Positions 57,428 through 64,000 of a stretch of 64,000 nt of DNA are shown here, piece after piece. How positions within the stretch are numbered: the stretch's first letter is position 1; the number at the start of each line of letters is the position of its first letter. The stretch lies in the NCBI GenBank assembly GCA_016700095.1, contig CP065002.1, positions 28,074 through 92,073 on the forward strand, written 5' to 3'. A program made the translations under genes and the position numbers. The notes beneath the pieces are model-generated. The model was not told the origin of the DNA and searched no databases. It saw only the letters and a program-made list of their open reading frames with translations. Source of the DNA: Candidatus Woesebacteria bacterium. GTDB lineage: Bacteria > Patescibacteriota > Microgenomatia > UBA8517.

Positions 57428-58483
57428 TTAGTTGGTTAAATTGCTGTTTGTCGCCGTTATTGCTATTGGGTCGATTAGAGATCCGGTTACGTTTAGTTTT
57501 ACAGGATCAAACATTAACCCTTCCTTTTCTGTAATAATTTCGTATGTACCGCTTGGCAGTGGTGTTACAATGCCAAAATGTCCAAGCGTATTGCTTTTTA
57601 GAGCTCTTACCGGGCGATTGTCTTCATCTCGTATTTCCAGAATTGCCCCACTAATTATTTTTCCGGCACCATCCATCACTTGACCGACCAAGATGTTTGG
57701 CTGGGTTGGTGGAATTGGAGGAGCAGACTCCGAAGAGAAGACGGCTTGTTTTACGAAACTGTTTGCTTGGCTTGCAAGCGAACCGGTAACTGTAGTCGTA
57801 GCTTTTGCTACGTCGTTGTCACTTACCGTGATATTGACAGCATGGTCAATTAACGGCTGAGTTGCTTTTTGATTTATTGCGTTACTACTAACCGGTGTTG
57901 GTGTTGCAAGCGGGACTTTAATCGTATCTGTATTAGTGGGCATTACCGGTTGATTGGTGTTACCGAAATGCTCCGATATTTTAACTAAAAATTGTTTCTC
58001 TGTTGTTTCAAGTCCCGACAATGCTTTGGTTGCCTCCACTTGAATACCTACTGGCGCCATTGCAGACTCTGTGGGCTCGGAAGGTACTTTCTGCGACATT
58101 TGTTGTTGGATTTGAGCCGGAGTTTGGTTTTGTGCCAATGTTTCCATCATTTCGGCGTCGGAGGCAAAAAAGGAAAGCGGTTTTGTTTTTATCCATGTAA
58201 AAATAGTTGGTGAATAAATCGATTTAACAAATAATATTAACCACTTTTCAAGCGGTCTGTCCTCGAACGGGAAAAAAGCCAAAGCAATCCCAAAGAGGAA
58301 TGAAATTAGCATGAGTGGAAGTTTTATGAAGGTGAGTAAATTTGTCGAATACAGGAGCAGTGCAATCAGTGCACCCGCTGCTACTTGAAAAAATTGTTTT
58401 AAGGTCATGTCACCAACAAGCCTAAATTGATAGGAGGTAATTTCTTGCGGAATTGGATGCTGGACTTCGAATTCTACTGACAT
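57428..58483 (-). CDS. VirB3/PrgI-like two-TM protein with C-terminal transthyretin/carboxypeptidase-regulatory-like domain
   Basis: YQFRLVGDMTLKQFFQVAAGALIALLLY plus a second TM resembles the (G)(L/P)(T/S)(L/F)(R/K)Q motif of Gram-positive VirB3-like proteins. The C-terminus GQVMDGAGKIISGAILEIRDEDNRPVRALKSNTLGHFGIVTPLPSGTYEIITEKEGLMF is a CarboxypepD_reg-like beta-sandwich. Confidence 0.4.
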   Translation of the reverse strand: MSVEFEVQHPIPQEITSYQFRLVGDMTLKQFFQVAAGALIALLLYSTNLLTFIKLPLMLISFLFGIALAFFPFEDRPLEKWLILFVKSIYSPTIFTWIKTKPLSFFASDAEMMETLAQNQTPAQIQQQMSQKVPSEPTESAMAPVGIQVEATKALSGLETTEKQFLVKISEHFGNTNQPVMPTNTDTIKVPLATPTPVSSNAINQKATQPLIDHAVNITVSDNDVAKATTTVTGSLASQANSFVKQAVFSSESAPPIPPTQPNILVGQVMDGAGKIISGAILEIRDEDNRPVRALKSNTLGHFGIVTPLPSGTYEIITEKEGLMFDPVKLNVTGSLIDPIAITATNSNLTN

Positions 58484-58655
58484 AATTTAGTGTGACTAAT
58501 AACACCAACGAATACAAGAAACGTGTTCTTGTATTAGTTCTGCTAAATTAAGCTTACAGTGTGAACAAAGTAATTCAAGTATTAGGGTTTTCACAGGATT
58601 GGGAACTAACGAAATCGCACGATGAGTGTTAATATTATTTCAACGATAACTAATC

Positions 58656-59180
58656 ATGGTGTATATTTCAATCTTAATTGTAGTATTTGTTGTATTTTAT
58701 TTTGTGAAACGTGACTTTTTTTACGGAAACAACGCTCCGTATGTGCCATCCGACGCGGATGTGGTTGAAAGAGTAATGGAGATGGCTGAAGTTAAGAAGG
58801 GTGATGTTGTTTATGATCTAGGCGCAGGAGATGGTAGATTTGTTTTAGCTGCAGCCATGAAAGGTGCAAGCGCTGTGGGAGTAGAACTCAATTTACTAAG
58901 AAGCATATATGCTAGGGTTTGGTTTAGAATACTTAGAATCGACAAGACAGCTAAAATTATAAGGCAAGATATTTTTAAGACAGATTTATCGAAAGCAACA
59001 GTTGTAATTTGTTATTTGCTTCAGGAAACTAACGATGCTTTGCAAAAAAAGTTGGAAAAGGAATTAAAACCAGGCACCAAAGTGATTTCTATTGCTTTTA
59101 AGTTTGCGGGTTGGAAAGAAGTGAAGTTTGATGGAAGGGGAGTTGTTTACGGTCCAATTAGAATGTACGAAATTGAATGA
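58656..59180 (+). CDS. Small class I SAM-dependent methyltransferase with N-terminal TM helix
   Basis: VVYDLGAGDGRFVLAAAMKGASAVGVELN is SAM-binding motif I (D/E-x-G-x-G-x-G). It is 174 aa, on the opposite strand to the flanking T4SS genes. Confidence 0.5.
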   Translation: MVYISILIVVFVVFYFVKRDFFYGNNAPYVPSDADVVERVMEMAEVKKGDVVYDLGAGDGRFVLAAAMKGASAVGVELNLLRSIYARVWFRILRIDKTAKIIRQDIFKTDLSKATVVICYLLQETNDALQKKLEKELKPGTKVISIAFKFAGWKEVKFDGRGVVYGPIRMYEIE

Positions 59181-59224
59181 AGGTACATTTTGAATAAACA
59201 ACGAGTAAAATGTTATAATTATTT

Positions 59225-61165
59225 ATGAGTATAGAAGAAAATGACGGTGATCTTTCGATAATACGCGCTGCTGAGACGTTGGGGTATGATGAACGGGCAC
59301 AGCGCGAATTTCAACGATACGAAGAAACAATGAAACTCAGGGCTGAACAACGCCAAATTGCACCTGAAAGAGAAATGTTGGAAAAAGCAAGAACTGCGGA
59401 ACAGGTTACTTATGCTATGAGATTATTTTCGGATCAAACGGAGGCGGCGAATAATGATCATCCGGAGTTTTATGACAGATATGGCCAGTTAAATTTCTTT
59501 TTGACAGCGGAAGGAAAACTTAGATCATGGGAAGCGGGAACCAGAAAGAAGAGAGCTGAACTGGCGGCGCTTGGTTTTACTGATTTGACAGCGCACGAAA
59601 TAGTGCCTGACTTGCAAATTGATCAAGTACAGATACTTGATAGTATGAGTGATAAGCAGAAACAAGAAATCGAAGCAAGAAACCGACAAGCTCTGACACA
59701 TAACCAAAAAAACCAAGAGGAAAGAGCGATTATTGAGGAAAATCGAGATGGTGTTATTGACACACTAAGAAGAGAATGTCGCTTGTTTGCTGCACGTGCG
59801 AAACTCACTCGAGAAACAGCAAACTACCACAATGCAGGAGGCTCAATTACTGAAATTGCGAAAGGTTTTCTCGCCCCAGCTCCTTATCAGATTAATGCTG
59901 AAGATTTTGAGGCAATATTTACCGCTGGTCCGGGTTTGGTTTTGTCACCGGATAAAAGAAACGAATTTCGGAATAACCCCAATGCGCGCCATTTAGGCAA
60001 TGATGTTAGCATGGCGATTATGTTGTATGATCTGGTTGCCGCGTCAGAAAATAAAACCAAGATGTTGGACTATATACAATCACCTGGTTTTAAGCGAATA
60101 GTAGCAGGGGAGAAAGAGGGGGAAGTTCTTCGTGGCTTCACTAAAAGGTTTATAGGTAATCCCAGTAATTGGAAGGAAGAAAATAAAAAAGTAGAAAACG
60201 CAAACAATCCGTCTCAATCTCTTTATACAGGCGAAAGAACAAAAGAAGATCTCAAGATAGAAGCAAATGATAGAGGGTTGTTAACAGTCGCAGGGAATGT
60301 TTTTGCCCACAAAGAATCGACTAGAACAAGGCAAGTGGTCGACGATATTGTGTGTCAATTGGTAGGAGGAAACCAAACTGCACAATTAATAGCAAAAAAC
60401 TTATATCGGGTGTCGGGTGCAGCAGCTGCAGCAGGTGCTGAAATTTATAAAGATGGCAATAGATATTTACCGGAAGTGGAAGGATACCCGGCAGGTTCTG
60501 ATGACCTGGTTGCTCTAACACAATTTAAGGCTAAGCAAATAAAAGACCGCGAGAAAGGTAGTCCTTGTGGGGTAATTTATACATGTGGACTTTATCCAGA
60601 TCTTCTTGCTGATTTTTGGTCTTTTCAAACTGTTGAAGGAGCAAAAGGGAGTATAAAAGTGAAAAGGTCACTTCGTGAATATATGTGGGGTGGAGGAGAT
60701 GGTGTACACGACCTCGACGCCGGTCACTTATTGGGTGAAGTAGATTGGAAGAGTTTTCCTCCAGAATTATGGCAGGAACACAAACTTAGAATGTATTATG
60801 GTGGACGAGATAGAACCGGTTTGGCAGAGTTACTCAAGAGAGTCAGGTTTACCCCCGACGAATTGACTAATTATGAATTTTGGCAAACTCTAAATAAGGC
60901 GGTTGGAATTGTGGTACATGACTCACTGGTAACTGGGGGTAATTACCGAGACTGGGATGGTCGGATGGATCAATTGAGAACAGCTACTGCTAATATGGCA
61001 CTAAGGATAAAAGGACTTTTTGTATACGGTGTGAACACGAGACAAAACCAGTGGCTTAGAAGGGATCACATGGACCAGATTGATTCCAGAACTCGTGGTA
61101 TAGACTTAATGAATGAAGCTGTTAATGACGCAAAATTTCAATTTACACAATTTAACCCTAAGTAA
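59225..61165 (+). CDS. Hypothetical 646-aa soluble protein embedded in T4SS-like cluster (candidate cargo/effector)
   Basis: A long intact ORF with no recognisable motif and a visibly higher GC content than its neighbours. It is co-directional with the methyltransferase. Confidence 0.45.
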   Translation: MSIEENDGDLSIIRAAETLGYDERAQREFQRYEETMKLRAEQRQIAPEREMLEKARTAEQVTYAMRLFSDQTEAANNDHPEFYDRYGQLNFFLTAEGKLRSWEAGTRKKRAELAALGFTDLTAHEIVPDLQIDQVQILDSMSDKQKQEIEARNRQALTHNQKNQEERAIIEENRDGVIDTLRRECRLFAARAKLTRETANYHNAGGSITEIAKGFLAPAPYQINAEDFEAIFTAGPGLVLSPDKRNEFRNNPNARHLGNDVSMAIMLYDLVAASENKTKMLDYIQSPGFKRIVAGEKEGEVLRGFTKRFIGNPSNWKEENKKVENANNPSQSLYTGERTKEDLKIEANDRGLLTVAGNVFAHKESTRTRQVVDDIVCQLVGGNQTAQLIAKNLYRVSGAAAAAGAEIYKDGNRYLPEVEGYPAGSDDLVALTQFKAKQIKDREKGSPCGVIYTCGLYPDLLADFWSFQTVEGAKGSIKVKRSLREYMWGGGDGVHDLDAGHLLGEVDWKSFPPELWQEHKLRMYYGGRDRTGLAELLKRVRFTPDELTNYEFWQTLNKAVGIVVHDSLVTGGNYRDWDGRMDQLRTATANMALRIKGLFVYGVNTRQNQWLRRDHMDQIDSRTRGIDLMNEAVNDAKFQFTQFNPK

Positions 61166-61192
61166 AAGAGGCACAGAATAATAATTGAGATA

Positions 61193-62785
61193 TTAAATAC
61201 CCCATTTTTTAAGTTGCATCCAGTGTTGGACATCTAGCCATCTAGCACTTGTACCTCCAGGTGTTCCAGCCTTTCCTGCCTTTTTGGATACAAAACTATA
61301 AGCTCCAGTCTTGGCGCCTTCGCGAGAAGCAGCAACTCCAGCTGACAGTGCTCCTGAGGCAAACGCCAAACCTTCACCAATTCCGCGACCCATGTCATAA
61401 GGCCTGCCTGCTACCATACCTTTTACAATGTCTGCTGCTTTGGGTGCAAGAGCAATGATTGCTACGCTTGCTCCTAGCCAAATAAGATCGGTGTCCCCTG
61501 TACCTCCACCATTGAGAAATGGAGGTGTCCAAGCTCTTCCTTCAAGTCCGGGATCTAAAACATCAAATGGCCATAGATTATCCAATTGACCCAAGGTTGC
61601 GATATCAACTATTCGGGTAAACATATTAGTATACGCTGCTCTCAAAAATACAAATGCCAAAACATACATAAAACCAACTGTTGGGTAAACAGCAAGGAGT
61701 GAAGCTAGATTTTTTATCCACCCGGAAAAACCACTTCCGCCGATCGCGCCCAAAAGAATTTGAATCGGTCCAAAAATAATTGCAAACATAATTAAAACAA
61801 AAGTTTTTAAAAGCATCCAGGTTACTCTAAAGGCAAGAATAAGAATGACAATTGACATGATAATTGACACTATGGCTACAAGCAGGCCAATTGCCGATCC
61901 CTGTGAGGTAATTGCCATTACGATACCGGCGGGGTTTGAAACGAGTGTCCAGAAAAGTGCACCGGTGAAGAAAAGCCAGTATTTAAACATAACCATGAAT
62001 GCACTCTGGGCGTAAGTTAATTGTCCGAATAATTCTGACCAAGACTGTGTTGTACCACTAGCCACCACATTGGCCGATTGCAAAATTGCAGCAAGTAAAC
62101 CAATAACCACGTACATGAGGTCAATCATAAAGCCGGCAATGGCGTAAGAAAAAGTAATCAGTATTAATGTGGTAAACACCTTTGGTAGAGCCGACTGGAC
62201 GGTGATAACGGTTTGAGGAGAAATTTTAACACGGAACATAATCATGAAAGACATAATGATAATAATAAGAATTAGAAAGCTGTAGGAAACATTTCGTGTA
62301 GCTTGCCAAAGATTAAAAATGAGAGCACCACCATTGTCAAAACCAAAGCCTTGTGCGCTTGCCTCGGGAGTTAAATGCCACCTGTTAGCAATATTTGCAA
62401 AGTAACTAAGTGACGATACGGAGTGGATGTTAAGCGTAGCAACAGGTGAAGTGGTTTCAATTTGTCCGATGCCCGTCAGTTCTCGTGCTAATATCACTAT
62501 ACACTCCGCGGCATTTCCCTGAATACCAGCCATCACAATACAGGTGATAAAAGGGTGGTCAATCGAGTAGATTAATCCATAAATTACCCATTTAACCTGA
62601 GCGGCGGTATAGCGTTCACCGAAAAGTTCCGATTCGGTTCCGGATTGTACTGTGTTCACAAATTCGGGATATGTTTGTTTGTACCACTGTGCCTTAACAG
62701 GTTGAGCAGTCAAATGCATGAGAGGGAATGCAAAGATAATTAGAGAAAGGAAAACAAGCAAAGATTTATTGATAAATTTTCTCAT
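61193..62785 (-). CDS. VirB6/TrbL-like polytopic membrane protein
   Basis: A signal peptide and an ~130-aa extracytoplasmic segment are followed by 7 or more TM helices and a Gly/Ala-rich C-terminal tail, typical of VirB6/PrgH/TcpH-type T4SS channel proteins. Confidence 0.45.
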   Translation of the reverse strand: MRKFINKSLLVFLSLIIFAFPLMHLTAQPVKAQWYKQTYPEFVNTVQSGTESELFGERYTAAQVKWVIYGLIYSIDHPFITCIVMAGIQGNAAECIVILARELTGIGQIETTSPVATLNIHSVSSLSYFANIANRWHLTPEASAQGFGFDNGGALIFNLWQATRNVSYSFLILIIIIMSFMIMFRVKISPQTVITVQSALPKVFTTLILITFSYAIAGFMIDLMYVVIGLLAAILQSANVVASGTTQSWSELFGQLTYAQSAFMVMFKYWLFFTGALFWTLVSNPAGIVMAITSQGSAIGLLVAIVSIIMSIVILILAFRVTWMLLKTFVLIMFAIIFGPIQILLGAIGGSGFSGWIKNLASLLAVYPTVGFMYVLAFVFLRAAYTNMFTRIVDIATLGQLDNLWPFDVLDPGLEGRAWTPPFLNGGGTGDTDLIWLGASVAIIALAPKAADIVKGMVAGRPYDMGRGIGEGLAFASGALSAGVAASREGAKTGAYSFVSKKAGKAGTPGGTSARWLDVQHWMQLKKWGI

Positions 62786-62865
62786 TAAACTAATATTAAC
62801 TCAGACTAATTTATTGTACAAGCGTCTTTCGGTATATTCCACATCAGATTGTAAAAGTGTATCTA

Positions 62866-63417
62866 TTAATTGCAAAAACTAAGTGGATATGATTTGCCGG
62901 CTTTGTCTTCGTTGACACTTCGCGATGTAGTCGTAAATATTTTTAAGGCACATGCTTTGCTTTCTTCGATTCTTAAAATCTCCAACAGTTCTTGTTCAGC
63001 CTCTTTCTGGTATTTATCAAAATCAGAATTGAGGATAGAAATTAAAAAGCTGTCATCACTACTAAAATATAATATTTGGAAATTGTCGGAATCGTAAGTG
63101 AGATAATCACCGTTTTTGTTTATTGGATTTCCGTCTTTGTAATAAAGTTCACTTTCAACCACTTCTGCAGTAGATTTTTTGGGTATGGATGGGGTTTTAG
63201 TCGGAAGAACTTCATTGGTTTTTTCCTCCTCATTTTTCTTGTTACCCGGGATTAAGTCGGAAAAAGAGTTAAGAAAAGAGGTTTCGGTCTCGTTAATGTC
63301 ACTTGTTGGCATTACACCCGTTTGACTAGTGGTATGTTTGGGAAGTAATATCGCCATTACCGTTACAAACAACGCAAATATTACAAACCCGGCAATTATC
63401 ATATTTCCTTTCTTCAT
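62866..63417 (-). CDS. Hypothetical membrane-anchored/secreted small protein (possible VirB8-like component)
   Basis: An N-terminal TM/signal (MIIAGFVIFALFVTVMAILL) is followed by a ~150-aa extracytoplasmic domain. Confidence 0.35.
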   Translation of the reverse strand: MKKGNMIIAGFVIFALFVTVMAILLPKHTTSQTGVMPTSDINETETSFLNSFSDLIPGNKKNEEEKTNEVLPTKTPSIPKKSTAEVVESELYYKDGNPINKNGDYLTYDSDNFQILYFSSDDSFLISILNSDFDKYQKEAEQELLEILRIEESKACALKIFTTTSRSVNEDKAGKSYPLSFCN

Positions 63418-63438
63418 AATTTTATTATAAACATATCT

Positions 63439-63999
63439 TTATGGAATTCCGCATCTTGTTGCTGCGATTGTCCAGTTACTGCTGAAATTACATATTGCAT
63501 TTGAAGGTGGGTTATATGATCCACAAGCCAGTCTTACTGCCTCACGAATATTTCTTTCTGGATCGATGTAGTTTTCAACACACGCATCAAGTAAGGATTG
63601 ATTTGCAACCTCGCACCAGTTTAACGGGTGGGTCCCCGAGGGTAAATAATCAATCACAAATGACCCTGGGCAGCGAGGGGTAAACGTTGCTAGGGGATGG
63701 AGATTTATCTGGAAAAGACCGACGCTGTAGTCGGGTGAGACTCCCGTTAAGCACCCATAGTTAGTTCTTGTTGGATTACCTCCCGATTCTTGTGCGCAAA
63801 TCTGACTGGCGTTTTCGGCAGCAACTTGGTTGGGGAAGTAATTTAGCAAGTTGGTAACGCTGCACGGTCCGTTTTCAACGGGAGCGCAATTACCAGGTTG
63901 AGTTGGCGGTACAGGATCTCCCGATCCTGGAGGCATACCGTGTCTTAGATATAAAGTATTCATAACATAGGGTCTAAGTAAATCCTGCATGGACACCAT
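63439..63999 (-). CDS. Lysozyme-like (SLT/Rpf-type) cell-wall hydrolase domain protein; N-terminus may lie beyond the window end
   Basis: ICAQESGGNPTRTNYGCLTGVSPDYSVGLFQINL carries the catalytic E-S-G-G-N and GLxQ motifs of lytic transglycosylase/Rpf lysozyme-like domains. The reading frame is open to the window edge. Confidence 0.55.
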   Translation of the reverse strand: MVSMQDLLRPYVMNTLYLRHGMPPGSGDPVPPTQPGNCAPVENGPCSVTNLLNYFPNQVAAENASQICAQESGGNPTRTNYGCLTGVSPDYSVGLFQINLHPLATFTPRCPGSFVIDYLPSGTHPLNWCEVANQSLLDACVENYIDPERNIREAVRLACGSYNPPSNAICNFSSNWTIAATRCGIP

Positions 64000-64000
64000 G

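Noticed and set aside
1-64000. CRISPR arrays, rRNA genes, transposases/IS elements
   Set aside because: No direct-repeat/spacer periodicity, no rRNA-like conserved segments and no transposase-like ORFs were seen. The only tandem repeats are the coding PT repeats at 27.1 kb.

Overview
This is an AT-rich, compactly organised bacterial window. Proteins are short and envelope-related proteins are abundant, with Gram-positive-style conjugation/T4SS-like proteins and type IV pilins, which suggests a CPR/Patescibacteria-like or other reduced-genome monoderm bacterium. That lineage guess is inference only. Read in the standard code the ORFs are intact.

Main contents, by position:
- 1-7.7 kb: envelope genes, including GT4 (partial), HAD, a GT-C-like membrane protein, LCP, a PcrA/UvrD helicase and a FemAB-like protein.
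- 8.2-12.2 kb: a UvrD-type helicase fused to a RecB-family/Fe-S nuclease, followed by RmuC.
- 14.5-17 kb: a candidate Met-responsive leader-peptide attenuator (MVPSITIVSMMMADFS), then a DUF62 SAM hydroxide adenosyltransferase-like gene and metG.
- 17-24.3 kb: a lipid-linked glycan cluster with a processive GT2, two GT-C transferases, WecA/MraY and a UbiA (DPPR-synthase-like) enzyme.
- 25.3 kb: an hsp20 gene behind a consensus promoter and a CIRCE-like operator. The groESL promoter at 34.1 kb has no CIRCE.
- 25.8-29.8 kb: a minor-pilin operon with three prepilin-type proteins. One carries a PA14 domain and a Pro/Thr-rich tandem-repeat tail, and a vWA protein follows.
- 29.9-43.4 kb: tRNA-Cys, capA, M23 peptidase, groESL, SBP, VanW, DedA, tsaD-tsaC, a candidate T-box leader upstream of valS, valS and rplY.
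- 46.7-52.4 kb: the replication-origin neighbourhood (rnhA-jag-yidC-yidD-rnpA-rpmH | dnaA-dnaN) with DnaA boxes on both sides of dnaA.
- 52.4-64 kb: a Gram-positive-type T4SS-like cluster. It contains a VirB4 ATPase apparently split into two ORFs, a VirB3/PrgI-like protein with a C-terminal transthyretin-like domain, a membrane-anchored M23 hydrolase, a VirB6-like polytopic protein and a lysozyme-like protein at the window edge. It is interrupted by two opposite-strand genes, a small methyltransferase and a 646-aa GC-richer protein of unknown function.

No CRISPR array, rRNA or transposase was recognised.
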